A DNA stretch of 64,000 nt from the NCBI GenBank assembly GCA_016793645.1, contig JAEUHD010000086.1:31397-95396 (forward strand). Reading direction: 5' to 3'. This document shows positions 44,958 to 55,646 of this stretch, in pieces (position 1 is the stretch's first letter; the number at the start of each line of letters is the position of its first letter). Source of the DNA: Verrucomicrobiales bacterium. Lineage in GTDB: Bacteria; Verrucomicrobiota; Verrucomicrobiia; Limisphaerales; UBA9464. The translations under genes and the position numbers were made by a program. The notes under the pieces were generated by a model. That model searched no databases, was not told the origin of the DNA, and saw only the letters and a program-made list of their open reading frames with translations.

Positions 44958-46052
44958 ATGGACGCGATCTACTATCTCGATCCGACGACCCAGTTCGTCC
45001 TGTTCAGCATCGTCAAGATCGTGGTGGCGTTTGTCATCACGCTGACGTTCGTGGCGTATGCCGTGCTCGCCGAGCGGAAGATTTCCGCCTGGATCCAGGA
45101 CCGCGTCGGACCAAACCGCGCCACGCCGTTTTTCGCGCAGTATCTTCCGGTGATCGGTCCCGCCTTGGTGCGCTTGGGCATTTTCCAGCCCATGGCGGAT
45201 GGCCTGAAGTTCCTGCTCAAGGAGGACTTCACCCCGGCGTACGTCCGGAAGGTGTACTTCTGGCTGGCGCCCGCGCTGACCGCCATCCCGGCCTTCATGA
45301 CCATCGCGGTCATCCCGTTCGGATCGACCCTCGGAAACCCCAACAACCCGATGGTGATCGCCGACCTGAACGTCGGCATCCTTTACTCCTTCGGCATCGT
45401 GTCACTGGGAGTCTATGGGATTGTGCTCGCGGGCTACGCCTCGAACTCCAAGTATCCGTTCCTCGGGGGCATCCGCTCCTCGGCCCAGATGATCTCCTAC
45501 GAGATCGCCATGGGCATGAGCGTCGTTGCGGTGTTCATGGTGATTGGAGATCTCAACCTCTCCAAGGTGGTCGAATACCAGGGTGCGAACATCCTGCACT
45601 GGATGGCCTGGAAGCAGCCCCTCGCCTTCTTCATTTTCCTGGTGTCCGCCTTCGCCGAGACGAACCGCCTGCCGTTTGACCTCCCCGAATCCGAATCCGA
45701 ACTCGTGGGCGGCTACCACACCGAATACAGTTCGATGAAGTTCGCCCTCTTCTTCCTCGGTGAGTACGCGAACATGATCGCCGCCTCGGCCATGATGGTG
45801 ACGCTGTTCTTCGGAGGATGGGCCTACCCGTGGGGCGGCGGTGCGGCACAGGGCTTCCTCGGGGGCGTGGGCCACATCGTGTGCTTCCTCGTAAAGATGC
45901 TGGTCCTGATGGGCGTGTTCATCTGGGTTCGCTGGATGTTCCCCCGCTTCCGCTACGACCAATTGATGGACCTCGGATGGCGCCGATTCATCCCGCTGGC
46001 CCTCGTCAACATTCTCGTCACCGCCCTCGTGCTGGCCGCCCTGAACGACTGA
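44958..46052 (+). CDS. nuoH: NADH-quinone oxidoreductase subunit H
   Basis: ERKISAWIQDRVGPNR signature and 8 TM helices. Confidence 0.95.
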   Translation: MDAIYYLDPTTQFVLFSIVKIVVAFVITLTFVAYAVLAERKISAWIQDRVGPNRATPFFAQYLPVIGPALVRLGIFQPMADGLKFLLKEDFTPAYVRKVYFWLAPALTAIPAFMTIAVIPFGSTLGNPNNPMVIADLNVGILYSFGIVSLGVYGIVLAGYASNSKYPFLGGIRSSAQMISYEIAMGMSVVAVFMVIGDLNLSKVVEYQGANILHWMAWKQPLAFFIFLVSAFAETNRLPFDLPESESELVGGYHTEYSSMKFALFFLGEYANMIAASAMMVTLFFGGWAYPWGGGAAQGFLGGVGHIVCFLVKMLVLMGVFIWVRWMFPRFRYDQLMDLGWRRFIPLALVNILVTALVLAALND

Positions 46053-46068
46053 ACGGAAACGGACCCCC

Positions 46069-46635
46069 ATGACCAAGGTTGTCGAACGCAAACCCCTCAG
46101 TCTCCTGGAGCGCACCTACCTGCCGTCCATCGTCGGCGGCCTTCAGGTCACTTGGAAACACTTCGCAAAATCCGTCCTGAAGGGGAAACCCCTCACGATG
46201 GAATACCCGGAGGAGAAGTGGGTTGTCCCCGAGGGCTATCGTGGCGCGCCCTACCTCGTGAAGGATCAGGAGGGCGACACCAAGTGCGTCAGTTGCCAGC
46301 TCTGCGAATTCATCTGCCCTCCCAAGGCGATCCGGATCACCCCGCCCGGCCCTGATGGCGCTCCGGCAGACCGTGCCAACGCCGAGAAGATGCCGAAGGA
46401 ATTCGAGATCAACATGCTCCGGTGCATTTTCTGCGGTCTCTGCCAGGAAGTGTGCCCGGAGGAGGCAATCTTCCTGCAACGGGACTACTCCCTGACCGGC
46501 ACCAGCCGGGAAGCGATGGTGTACAACAAGCAGAGGCTTCTGGAACTCGGGGGCATCCATGGCGGCATCCAGAAATGGAAGCACAAGCTCGAGGAAGCCC
46601 GCGAACAGGAGGCGTTCCCGGTCCGCGAAGCCTGA
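46069..46635 (+). CDS. nuoI: NADH-quinone oxidoreductase subunit I
   Basis: Two ferredoxin motifs, [12 protein letters not shown] and [12 protein letters not shown]. Confidence 0.95.
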   Translation: MTKVVERKPLSLLERTYLPSIVGGLQVTWKHFAKSVLKGKPLTMEYPEEKWVVPEGYRGAPYLVKDQEGDTKCVSCQLCEFICPPKAIRITPPGPDGAPADRANAEKMPKEFEINMLRCIFCGLCQEVCPEEAIFLQRDYSLTGTSREAMVYNKQRLLELGGIHGGIQKWKHKLEEAREQEAFPVREA

Positions 46636-46647
46636 TCCCGACCTCCC

Positions 46648-47160
46648 ATGTCCGAACTGCTTCCCTCAGCCCTCTTCTACGCCTTCGCCGGACTCGCGCT
46701 GGTGTTTGGATTCCTCTGCGTGGCGAATCCGCTCAGCCGGAATCCGGTGACGAGCGCGATGTTCCTTGTCCTGACCATTGTCTCGCTGGCCGGGCTGTAC
46801 ATTCTTCTTCACGCCTTCTTCCTCGCCGCGATCCAGATTCTCGTCTACGCGGGCGCGGTCATGGTGCTCTTCCTGTTCGTCATCATGCTGCTCAATCTCG
46901 AGGAGGAGGAGCGGCGGAAGATCCGCGGCATCACCCTCGGCCTCGGCGCACTGTCGGTGGCGGTGATCGCCGGCATCCTGATCCGGGCGGTGGTCGCCGC
47001 CCGGCCATCCGCGGGCACCACGCCCTTGGTGGAGGGCGGCATCCGGAACCTGGGCCATACCCTCTTCACCCTCTATCTCCTGCCCTTCGAGGCGATGTCC
47101 CTCCTGCTGCTGGTCGGCATGGTGGGCGTCATCCTGCTCAGCAAGAAGGATCTGAAATGA
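46648..47160 (+). CDS. nuoJ: NADH-quinone oxidoreductase subunit J
   Basis: 170-aa polytopic protein in the conserved operon position, with an [19 protein letters not shown] motif. Confidence 0.9.
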   Translation: MSELLPSALFYAFAGLALVFGFLCVANPLSRNPVTSAMFLVLTIVSLAGLYILLHAFFLAAIQILVYAGAVMVLFLFVIMLLNLEEEERRKIRGITLGLGALSVAVIAGILIRAVVAARPSAGTTPLVEGGIRNLGHTLFTLYLLPFEAMSLLLLVGMVGVILLSKKDLK

Positions 47161-47462
47161 TCGTTGGCCTCCACCACTACCTCGTCGTCAGCGCGCTCCT
47201 GTTCAGCCTCGGGCTGTTCGGCGTCCTCGCCCGCCGCAACCTGCTGGTGATCTACATGAGCCTCGAACTCATGCTGAACGCCGCCAATCTCGCCCTGGTC
47301 GCCTTCTCCCGGTACAACGCCAATCTCAAGGGACAGGTGATGGTCTTCTTCATCATTACCGTCGCCGCCGCCGAGGTGGCGGTCGGGCTCGCCCTCATCG
47401 TCGCCTTGTACCGCCGCCGTGGCACCGCGCACGTCGAGGATCTCAACAGCCTGCGCCTGTGA
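47157..47462 (+). CDS. nuoK: NADH-quinone oxidoreductase subunit K
   Basis: 101 aa, three TM helices, [15 protein letters not shown]. The ATG overlaps the nuoJ TGA. It is hidden at the 3' end of the 346-aa track ORF 46422..47462. Confidence 0.92.
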   Translation: MIVGLHHYLVVSALLFSLGLFGVLARRNLLVIYMSLELMLNAANLALVAFSRYNANLKGQVMVFFIITVAAAEVAVGLALIVALYRRRGTAHVEDLNSLRL

Positions 47463-47515
47463 CTGACGCTCCCCTTCAACCCCGCCCGGACACGGTCGCC
47501 GCCGACTGACGCCCC

Positions 47516-49462
47516 ATGGAACCGACCCATCTCCCCGCAACAAATTTTCAGGACCTCGCCTGGGCAATCCTGCTGCTGCCCCTGGTTTCGGCCCTCGCGA
47601 TCACCCTCGGCCTGCGCCGCAACCGGGAATTGACCACCACACTCAGTTTGTCCGCGGTGGGCATCGGATTCGGTCTTAGCGTCTGGCTGTTCTTCCTGTA
47701 CGGCGTTTCCGGGGAACGCCTGGCCGCTACGCCCCTGTCCTGGATGTCCGTCGGCTCACTGTCCGCGCATCTCGGACTTACGGTGGACCCGCTGTCGACG
47801 TTGATGCTCATGGTCGTCACCGGGGTCTCCTTCCTCGTCCACGTCTACAGCACGGGGTACATGGAGGACGACCCGGAGTACCCCCGGTACTTTGCCAGCC
47901 TCGGCTTCTTCACCTTCTCGATGCTGGGCATCGTCCTTTCGGACAATTTCGTCCAGACATTCATTTTCTGGGAACTGGTCGGCGTCTCCAGCTACCTGCT
48001 CGTCGGCTTCTGGTACGAGAAACCTGCGGCAGCGGATGCCGCCAAAAAGGCCTTTCTGACAAACCGCATCGGTGACTTCGGCTTCCTGCTCGGAATCCTC
48101 ATCGTCTGGGCTGCCACCGGCACGGTCTCCTTCGACGCCATGGCCGCCAAGTTGAAGGCGGAACCCGGCATCCTCGGCGCCGCAGCCTCCCTCGCGGGTG
48201 TCCTCATCTTCCTCGGCGCCGTCGGCAAGAGCGCCCAACTGCCGCTCCACGTCTGGCTTCCGGACGCCATGGAGGGCCCCACGCCGGTGTCCGCACTGAT
48301 CCACGCAGCGACAATGGTCGCCGCCGGCGTGTACATGTTGTGCCGGGTTTACTTCCTGCTCGACCTTCCCGCCGCCTGGCCGGCGGCCCTGTCCTTCCTT
48401 GGCAGCATCTCGGCGCTCGACGTCATCGCCTGGACCGGTGCGCTGACATCCCTGGTCGCGGGCGTCATTGCGATCCAACAGGACGACATCAAGCGCATCC
48501 TTGCCTATTCCACGCTCTCACAGCTCGGCTACATGGTGATGGCCGTGGGATGCGGCGGTCCCGATGCCGCGATGTTTCATCTCACTACCCACGCCTGCTT
48601 CAAGGCGCTGCTGTTCCTGGGGGCCGGCGCCGTGATCTACGCCTGTCACCACGAACAGAACATCTGGAAAATGGGCGGCCTGGCGAAGCGGATGCCGGTC
48701 ACCTTCTGGACCTTCCTCTTGGCGACGGCAGCCCTGTGTGGTCTTCCGGTTCTCAGCAGCGGCTTCTACAGCAAGGACGCCATCTTCGCCGCCGCGCTGG
48801 CGTCGAATCGGCCGGTCCTGTTCGGCATCGGAGTTTTGGTGGTCGGACTGACCACGCTCTACATGTCCCGACTGGTGATCATCGCGTTCCTCGGGGAATC
48901 CCGCAGCGAGGCCGCGTCCCATGCGGCCGATCCCGGGCGCAACATGACCCTCCCGCTCCTGATCCTCGCGGTTCCGTCGGTCTCCCTCGGTTGGCTTCCC
49001 GTGGGCGCCTATTTCAAGTCAGCCATTTTCCCAGGAGCGGTCACCCACTCCGCGGAGGGCTTTTCGGACGTCTTCTTCGAACCGTTCAATCATTCGCCCC
49101 TCGGCGCCTTCCTCGGCTTCGGTCTGATGGCCTTTGGTCTGTCCGTCGCCTTCGCCACCTATTGGGGTGCTGCGATGGATCCCATGCCCGGACACCTGCC
49201 CCGGTTGTCCCGCGCGCTGCGCAACCGCCTCTACTTCGATGAGATTTACGCGGCAACCCTGATCCCCCTTCACGACGCCGTCGCCGCGCTCGCAGACTGG
49301 GTGGACCGCTGGATTGTCCAAGGGTTGTTTGTCCGCGGAATTTCAGGCGGCATGGATTTGTTCGGACGAGCACTCCGATTGGTCCAGACCGGCAATCTCC
49401 AGACGTACGCGTTCCTGTTCGTGGCCGGGGTCGCCCTGGTCGTCCTCCTGGCCCTGAAATAA
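47516..49462 (+). CDS. nuoL: NADH-quinone oxidoreductase subunit L
   Basis: 648-aa antiporter-like subunit with WELVGVSSYLLVGFW and GKSAQLPLHVWLPDAMEGPTPVSALIHAATMV. Confidence 0.95.
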   Translation: MEPTHLPATNFQDLAWAILLLPLVSALAITLGLRRNRELTTTLSLSAVGIGFGLSVWLFFLYGVSGERLAATPLSWMSVGSLSAHLGLTVDPLSTLMLMVVTGVSFLVHVYSTGYMEDDPEYPRYFASLGFFTFSMLGIVLSDNFVQTFIFWELVGVSSYLLVGFWYEKPAAADAAKKAFLTNRIGDFGFLLGILIVWAATGTVSFDAMAAKLKAEPGILGAAASLAGVLIFLGAVGKSAQLPLHVWLPDAMEGPTPVSALIHAATMVAAGVYMLCRVYFLLDLPAAWPAALSFLGSISALDVIAWTGALTSLVAGVIAIQQDDIKRILAYSTLSQLGYMVMAVGCGGPDAAMFHLTTHACFKALLFLGAGAVIYACHHEQNIWKMGGLAKRMPVTFWTFLLATAALCGLPVLSSGFYSKDAIFAAALASNRPVLFGIGVLVVGLTTLYMSRLVIIAFLGESRSEAASHAADPGRNMTLPLLILAVPSVSLGWLPVGAYFKSAIFPGAVTHSAEGFSDVFFEPFNHSPLGAFLGFGLMAFGLSVAFATYWGAAMDPMPGHLPRLSRALRNRLYFDEIYAATLIPLHDAVAALADWVDRWIVQGLFVRGISGGMDLFGRALRLVQTGNLQTYAFLFVAGVALVVLLALK

Positions 49463-49467
49463 TCGCC

Positions 49468-50994
49468 ATGTCCACGCTTTCCCTGCTCCCCCTGCTCCCC
49501 ATTCTGGGAGCCTTGGTCATCCTGTTGGTTCCCGCGGCGTACAGTGCTGCCTGGCGTGGCATCGCCCTTGGCATGACGGGGGTCAACCTCCTCGTGGCCA
49601 CCACGATCTTCTTCACCTTTCACGTCGGGATCGGCGGATACCAGATGGTCGCGAACCATGCGTGGGTCCCGGCGATCGGATTGAACTACCACGTCGGTGT
49701 GGACGGTCTCAGCGTCGGACTCCTGCTCGTCGGCGCTCTGGTCTCGTTCGCCGCCACTTGGGTTTCCTCCGAGATCAAATCCCACGAACGCTTCTTTTAC
49801 GTCCTCCTCCTCGTGATCTCCGGTGGGGTGCTCGGATCCCTGATCTCGCTGGACCTGTTCTTCCTCTACTTCTTCAACGAACTGGCGCTGGTGCCGACCT
49901 TCCTCATGATCGGCATCTGGGGCCGCGGAGCGGATCGCAGCGCGATCGCCTTTCAGATCACCCTGTATCTCTCCCTCGGTGCCTTGGTGGCCTTGGTGGG
50001 ATTGATCGGGCTCTATGCCTTGTCGGGTGCCAATACGCTGGACGTCGTCACGCTCGCCGCCTGGCTGAAGACGCATCCGCTCCCGGCCTCCACTCAAACC
50101 GTTCTCTTCGGGCTCCTGCTGTTCGGGTTCGGGACTCTGGTGGGCCTGTGGCCATTTCATAGCTGGGCACCCGCCGGCTACGCGGCCGCCCCGACGGCCA
50201 CGGCGATGATGCACGCCGGCATCCTCAAGAAGGTGGGAGCCTTCGCCCTTCTCCGCGCCGCCTTCCCGCTGCTTCCGGAGGGGGTCGCCCAATGGACCCG
50301 GATCCTCGCGATCCTCTGCCTCGGCAACATTCTGTATTGTGGCTGGGTCGCCATGCGTCAACGGAACCTGAACCTGCTGTTCGGAAACTCCAGCCTGGCC
50401 CACATGGGCTTTGTGTTCCTGGGTCTGGCCAGTGTCAGTTTGATCGGCATCACCGGAGCCGTGCTGATCATGGTGGCGCACGCGCTCCTGGCCTCCCTGG
50501 AATACGCCCTGAGCGGCCACATCTACCGCGAGACCGGTCATCTGGAACTCGACCGCATGGGCGGACTGATGCGTCGGATGCCTTTCATCGGGGCGGCCTT
50601 GGTGGCGGCGATGCTGGCGGGCTGCGGAGTCCCGGGGTTTGCCAGTTTCGCCGGCGAATTGGCGGTGATGTTCGGCGTCTGGCCCACCCTCCCCGCATTC
50701 GTGGTGGCGGCGGCGTTTGGTGGCCTTCTGATCGGTGGCATCTACATGCTGCGCGGCATCCGCCAGGTCGCCCACGGCCCCGATGTCGGCACGACGGGCG
50801 GCGACGTCCCCTGCTGGACCGGACGCATCCCCTACCTCGTCCTTCTGGTACCTCTCATTCTTTTTGGCGTGGCTCCCTACGTCCTGGTGGATCGGATTCG
50901 CCCGAGCGCCGCGCTCGTCGTGGAGCGTGCGCTTCTCAAACCCTCCCCTGCGGCCCCCGCAGCCCCGGCCGTCGCCGCTGCACCGGCCCACTGA
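49468..50994 (+). CDS. nuoM: NADH-quinone oxidoreductase subunit M
   Basis: 508-aa antiporter-like subunit with WPFHSWAPAGYAAAPTATAMMHAGILKK. Confidence 0.93.
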   Translation: MSTLSLLPLLPILGALVILLVPAAYSAAWRGIALGMTGVNLLVATTIFFTFHVGIGGYQMVANHAWVPAIGLNYHVGVDGLSVGLLLVGALVSFAATWVSSEIKSHERFFYVLLLVISGGVLGSLISLDLFFLYFFNELALVPTFLMIGIWGRGADRSAIAFQITLYLSLGALVALVGLIGLYALSGANTLDVVTLAAWLKTHPLPASTQTVLFGLLLFGFGTLVGLWPFHSWAPAGYAAAPTATAMMHAGILKKVGAFALLRAAFPLLPEGVAQWTRILAILCLGNILYCGWVAMRQRNLNLLFGNSSLAHMGFVFLGLASVSLIGITGAVLIMVAHALLASLEYALSGHIYRETGHLELDRMGGLMRRMPFIGAALVAAMLAGCGVPGFASFAGELAVMFGVWPTLPAFVVAAAFGGLLIGGIYMLRGIRQVAHGPDVGTTGGDVPCWTGRIPYLVLLVPLILFGVAPYVLVDRIRPSAALVVERALLKPSPAAPAAPAVAAAPAH

Positions 50995-51009
50995 TTCCCG
51001 CATCCCGCG

Positions 51010-52497
51010 ATGAACTCCTCATTGCTCGCCATCGAATTTCTGGTCGTGGTCCTCGGCCTGGGCATCCTGCTCGCCGACCTTTGGATCCCATCCGGTGCCC
51101 GCCGCGGCCTCGCCTATGCGGCCGCGACCGGACTGCTTCTGGTTCTGACCTTGCACGGTGGAGCGCTCGCCCCCGGCGACGACACCGCATTCGGGGGCAT
51201 GTTCCTTGTGGATGCCCTCGCCAACTACTTCAAGACGCTCTTCATCGTCGCGACCATCGCGGTGCTGCTGATCTCGTCCGGATATGCCGACCGGCTCGAC
51301 GGCTATGGTGAATATGTCGCGCTCACCCTCTTTGCCCTCGCCGGAATGCTGCTCGCGGCGTCCGCCAATGACTTCATCCTGATGTTCGTCGCACTGGAGC
51401 TGGTGACCGTGACGTTCTACGTCCTGGTCAGCTTCCAACGACGCCGGCAGTCCTCCCTCGAGGCCGGCGTGAAGTATCTCATTTTCGGGGCGCTTGCGGC
51501 CGCCTTCATGGTGTATGGGATCGCGCTCATCTTTGGCTCCGCCAACACCACCAACTTCTACGAGATCGCCTCCCGTCAGGCGGAACTCGGGAAATCCCCG
51601 GTGTTTGTCATCGGACTCCTCCTCACCCTGGTCGGGTTGGGCTTCAAGATCTCCGCATTCCCCTTCCAGATGTGGACTCCGGACGTCTATCAGGGCGCTC
51701 CCGTCCCAACGACAGCCTTCCTGGCCACCGGTTCCAAGGCCGCCGGGTTCGTCCTGCTGCTCCGGCTCGCCTACAGTGTCGTTCCGGAAGTCATGGCCCG
51801 CTGGAGCCACCTACTCCTGGGCTTCGCCATGGCGACCATGCTGTATGGGAGCTTTGCCGCCCTCGCCCAGCGCAGCGTCAAACGCCTCATGGGATACAGC
51901 TCCATCGCCAACGCCGGTTATCTTCTGCTGGGAATTGGCGCAACCAACGTCACCGGTTCGACCGCCATCCTTTATTTCCTTTCCGGATACGTCTTTACCA
52001 CCCTGGCAGCATTCGCCGTCATCTCCCGGGTCACGGTCCAGGACGACAATGACGACATCAGCGTCTTTGCCGGTCTGGGGAACCGCTCGCCCCTGCTGGC
52101 GGCCGCAATGACGCTGGCGCTGGTCAGCCTCGCCGGCATCCCGCCGCTGGCGGGCTTTTTTGGCAAATTCTACCTCTTCAAGGCAGCCCTCCTCCAGGTG
52201 CCCACGAGCCCGCTGTTCCTGGTCGCGGTTCTCATCGCCTGCGTGTCCGTGGTCCTGTCCCTCTACTACTACTTCAACATCATCCGGGTGATGTACTGGC
52301 CCGCCCAGGACGCTGTGGACCGGCCGGTGACCGTCCCGATGGCGGTCGGGATCAGCCTGGCCGCCTGTCTGGCGGGAATCCTGGTGGTCGGCATCTTCCC
52401 CAGCGGCGTCATCGGTCTCGCCCATGAGGCGGTCGCCGGACTCGGCACGCCGGCTCCGGAGATGCACGTCCAGGCGCACCACGCCGCGGCGCACTGA
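51010..52497 (+). CDS. nuoN: NADH-quinone oxidoreductase subunit N
   Basis: 495-aa antiporter-like subunit with FKISAFPFQMWTPDVYQGAPVPTTAFLATGSK. Confidence 0.93.
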   Translation: MNSSLLAIEFLVVVLGLGILLADLWIPSGARRGLAYAAATGLLLVLTLHGGALAPGDDTAFGGMFLVDALANYFKTLFIVATIAVLLISSGYADRLDGYGEYVALTLFALAGMLLAASANDFILMFVALELVTVTFYVLVSFQRRRQSSLEAGVKYLIFGALAAAFMVYGIALIFGSANTTNFYEIASRQAELGKSPVFVIGLLLTLVGLGFKISAFPFQMWTPDVYQGAPVPTTAFLATGSKAAGFVLLLRLAYSVVPEVMARWSHLLLGFAMATMLYGSFAALAQRSVKRLMGYSSIANAGYLLLGIGATNVTGSTAILYFLSGYVFTTLAAFAVISRVTVQDDNDDISVFAGLGNRSPLLAAAMTLALVSLAGIPPLAGFFGKFYLFKAALLQVPTSPLFLVAVLIACVSVVLSLYYYFNIIRVMYWPAQDAVDRPVTVPMAVGISLAACLAGILVVGIFPSGVIGLAHEAVAGLGTPAPEMHVQAHHAAAH

Positions 52498-52509
52498 CCA
52501 CACCTCCGG

Positions 52510-53394
52510 TCAAACCGTCGTCAGCCAGGCAGCCACCGGGAAGTGGTCACTCGGCCATTGGTTGTCCCGCTGGATGGCCACCACCGCTGTTTCCCGGACC
52601 GTCACGGGATAGCGCGAAAGGATCCAATCGATCCGCCTTCCCTGTTCCATCGCGGGACCAAAGTCATTGAAGGAGTTGAAACGCTCCTGTTTTCGGGTCG
52701 CAGCCACACTCCAGGTATCCACCAGTCCCCCCTTGGCCACCAACTGCTCATACACCGGATTCTCCCCGGATACGGCGTTGAAGTCGCCCACCAGCAACAG
52801 CGGGATTCCGGCCTTCGCCGTGGACTGGATTTTGTCCAGAATCAGGGCTGCGGACTTTTCCCGCGCCGGCTGTGACTGGTGATCGAGGTGGGTGTTCCAG
52901 AAGTAAAAGTCCCGTCCCGTCCGACGGTCGCGAAACCTCGCCCAGGTCACCATCCTCCGGTTCGTGTTACCCCAGGTGGAGGACCCCATCACCAGCGGAG
53001 TATCGGACAGCCAGAAGTGGTCGTACTCAACCGGCTCGAAGCGATCCCGCCGAAAAAAGATCGCCATGAATTCCCCGCGACTCCCGCCATCACGTCCCAA
53101 CCCGATCCAGTCCAGCCCCGGCTGATCTGCGGCGATGTCCTTCAACTGCGAATACAACCCCTCCTGGGTTCCCATGACGTCCGGCTTCAGTTCATTCAGC
53201 AACGCCTTCATCACCGGACGGCGGGTCGGCCAGGAATTCGGTCCGCTCGGACTGGCAAAACGAAGATTGTAGGTGACGACACACATCTCCGCCGAATCCC
53301 CGTCTCCGGCACTCCCCAATTCGGCGGCCCGGGCCATGGCGGGTGCCAAGGCGCTGGTGGAAACGGCGGCGAGAAACGACCGGCGGGAAGGCAT
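52510..53394 (-). CDS. exported endonuclease/exonuclease/phosphatase (EEP) family protein with TAT-type signal
   Basis: Starts MPSRRSFLAAVSTSALAPAMARA (twin-Arg). VVTYNLRF, GTQEG, WNTHLDH, LLVGDFN and a C-terminal SDHFPV are the EEP catalytic blocks. Confidence 0.8.
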   Translation of the reverse strand: MPSRRSFLAAVSTSALAPAMARAAELGSAGDGDSAEMCVVTYNLRFASPSGPNSWPTRRPVMKALLNELKPDVMGTQEGLYSQLKDIAADQPGLDWIGLGRDGGSRGEFMAIFFRRDRFEPVEYDHFWLSDTPLVMGSSTWGNTNRRMVTWARFRDRRTGRDFYFWNTHLDHQSQPAREKSAALILDKIQSTAKAGIPLLLVGDFNAVSGENPVYEQLVAKGGLVDTWSVAATRKQERFNSFNDFGPAMEQGRRIDWILSRYPVTVRETAVVAIQRDNQWPSDHFPVAAWLTTV

Positions 53395-53501
53395 GGGGAA
53401 ACCCTGGGCCGATCCGACGACGACCGTCAACGCCGTCGTCCGGACAAAGGCATCCCAACCCGCCGGCTCGCCTTCGGAGCGATTCGGACCATAGTGGGTC
53501 C

Positions 53502-54059
53502 ATGCGTTTGTTGATTGCCGTCACCGGCGCGAGCGGGTCCATCTACGCCCAGCGACTGCTCGACAGCCTGGATCCGTCCCGCCACGAGATCCATGTGATC
53601 CTGAGCCAGTACGCCCCCCAGGTGGTCGCCACGGAACTCGACGGCGGATTGCGCCTTCCGGACGGCGTGACGGCGCACGGCTTCCGCTCGATGAACCTGC
53701 CGTTCGCCAGTGGATCCAATCCGCCGGAAGCGATGGTGGTGATCCCGTGCAGCATGGGAACCCTGGGGCGGATCGCCCACGGCGTCAGTTCGGACGCTGT
53801 GTTACGCTGTGCGGATGTCGTACTGAAAGAGCGCCGGAAGCTCATCCTCGTACCGAGGGAAACGCCGCTTTCCCTGGTTCACGTCCGCAACTTCGAGCTT
53901 CTTCTCCAAGCCGGGGCCACCCTCATTCCCGCAAATCCGTCCTACTACAGCCGTCCCCAATCCGTCGCCGACGTCGCGGACACCGTGGTCGCCCGGGTGC
54001 TGGACCACATGGGCGTCCCGCACCAACTGCAACCGCGCTGGTGCGAGGAGCCGGAATAG
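53502..54059 (+). CDS. ubiX: flavin prenyltransferase UbiX
   Basis: 185 aa from MRLLIAVTGASGSIYAQRLL, then VIPCSMGTLGRIAHG, LKERRKLILVPRETPL and ANPSYY. Confidence 0.88.
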   Translation: MRLLIAVTGASGSIYAQRLLDSLDPSRHEIHVILSQYAPQVVATELDGGLRLPDGVTAHGFRSMNLPFASGSNPPEAMVVIPCSMGTLGRIAHGVSSDAVLRCADVVLKERRKLILVPRETPLSLVHVRNFELLLQAGATLIPANPSYYSRPQSVADVADTVVARVLDHMGVPHQLQPRWCEEPE

Positions 54060-54066
54060 CCCGCCT

Positions 54067-55473
54067 TCACGCGGCAGCGGAGCCTGCGCGCGCCCGCCGG
54101 ATCACGTACAGGCTCACGGTGACCAGATGGACGCCGAAGGCGGCGAGGTTGGCCCAGGCGAGTCCCAACGCGCCGTACGGGGGGATCCAAAGGATGGCCA
54201 GGGAGACCAGGACACAGGCCCACACAAAATTCAGCAGCAGTCCCGTCCACATCCGACCTTCGCTCACCAACGACTGTCCAATCATATTCAGGGTCGCAGT
54301 GATGACCGCCGCGCCCGCAAGCACGCGAACAACGGAGGACGCGTCACTGAACCCCTTTCCATAGGCGGCCAGGATCCACGGAGCTCCGATCATCACCGGG
54401 ATGGCCACCAGGGAGGCGATGCCAAATCCGATCATGAGCTTCAGTCGGATCAGGCGGAAGTACTCCCCTCCCGAGGTATGGCGCCAGGTGTGCGTCAATA
54501 CGGGAAGCCCCGCCGTGGCCACCAGGCCCGGTATGTATAGGATGAGCAACCGGATCTGATGGGCGGCGTTGAACAGACCGCTCTCGTGATCCCCTCCCGC
54601 ACGGTGAATCAACCGGGCACCGACCAGCCAATTGACGAACAACACGACTCCTCCGGAGAGGACGACAGGAAGTGCAAAACGACCAAGCGAGGGAATTTCC
54701 TCCCGCCATCCGTCAAGACCGGCATGAAGTCCGGCTCGGCGTAACTCGGCTTGGACGGCCACGAACGTCACTGCATATCCCGAAGCCATGCCCACCACCA
54801 GGCCCGCAACACAGCCTTCCAATCCCGCAACCCGGGCTCCGATGACCATCCCAACCGCCTGGGCCATGCCTGCCATTGCCGAAACACGGGCCAAGGTTCG
54901 AAACGCCTCAAGACCCGCAAGGACCCCCTGGCTCGAATCCTGAAGCGCTCCCAGGAGCAGCAGGGGCGCGGCCAACCGCATCAGGGGCGCCAGGGCCTGG
55001 TTGCCGAGCGCCACTTCCGCCAGCAGCGGAGCCATCCACAGCATGAAGATGGCCCCGAGACAGGCCAGGATCCCCGCCCCCAGCGGCGCCAGGGCCGCCA
55101 CCCGCGCCGCCCTTTCGGGCGAGGCCGGCCGATGCAGGGAGATAAATCTCGTCGCCGTCACGCCCAGTCCGAAACTGGCGAACATTCCCGCCATCAGGAA
55201 GGTGTTGAGCAGCATGCCCAACTGGCCAAATCCAGAGGTTCCCAGCGCCCGCGCGACCAGGAATGACGCTCCAAAGGACAACACCCGTGAAGCCGCTCCG
55301 CCAAGCACGTTCCACGAAGCCGCGCGAGCCAGCCGGCTTCCTCCCGAAGTCCCCGAATACCGCTCCCTCAACCGGCGCCAGCCTGACCGCCAGAAGTGAC
55401 GATGTTCCTCGATCGGTCCCGAGGTCATCCGCGCCGTCCCTTTCGGACGGCAGGGCAGCATCCCAGTCCCCAT
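54067..55473 (-). CDS. MOP-superfamily polysaccharide/oligosaccharide flippase (Wzx-like)
   Basis: ~12-14 TM helices and a Wzx-like N-terminus (SWNVLGGAASRVLSFGASFLVARALG). The start is uncertain; an alternative lies at 55428. Confidence 0.7.
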   Translation of the reverse strand: MGTGMLPCRPKGTARMTSGPIEEHRHFWRSGWRRLRERYSGTSGGSRLARAASWNVLGGAASRVLSFGASFLVARALGTSGFGQLGMLLNTFLMAGMFASFGLGVTATRFISLHRPASPERAARVAALAPLGAGILACLGAIFMLWMAPLLAEVALGNQALAPLMRLAAPLLLLGALQDSSQGVLAGLEAFRTLARVSAMAGMAQAVGMVIGARVAGLEGCVAGLVVGMASGYAVTFVAVQAELRRAGLHAGLDGWREEIPSLGRFALPVVLSGGVVLFVNWLVGARLIHRAGGDHESGLFNAAHQIRLLILYIPGLVATAGLPVLTHTWRHTSGGEYFRLIRLKLMIGFGIASLVAIPVMIGAPWILAAYGKGFSDASSVVRVLAGAAVITATLNMIGQSLVSEGRMWTGLLLNFVWACVLVSLAILWIPPYGALGLAWANLAAFGVHLVTVSLYVIRRARAGSAAA

Positions 55474-55646
55474 CGGCCACGATCAACGCGGTGAATGGAC
55501 GCAGGATTTGCCGAGGTCATGTGGCCGCAACCCTGCCTTCCCGGAGCCCGGACTGCCAAGGTCCCATTGCATCCGTCCGACCGCGGTCCGTGGAACCCCC
55601 GCTCCACTGCTTGCAGCCCGGTATTCATCCCCAGCAGACTCCCCGA

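Noticed and set aside
49270-51003. 577-aa minus-strand ORF antisense to nuoM
   Set aside because: Highly charged Arg/Gly/Glu/Asp-rich product opposite a clear antiporter-like membrane subunit. Shadow ORF.
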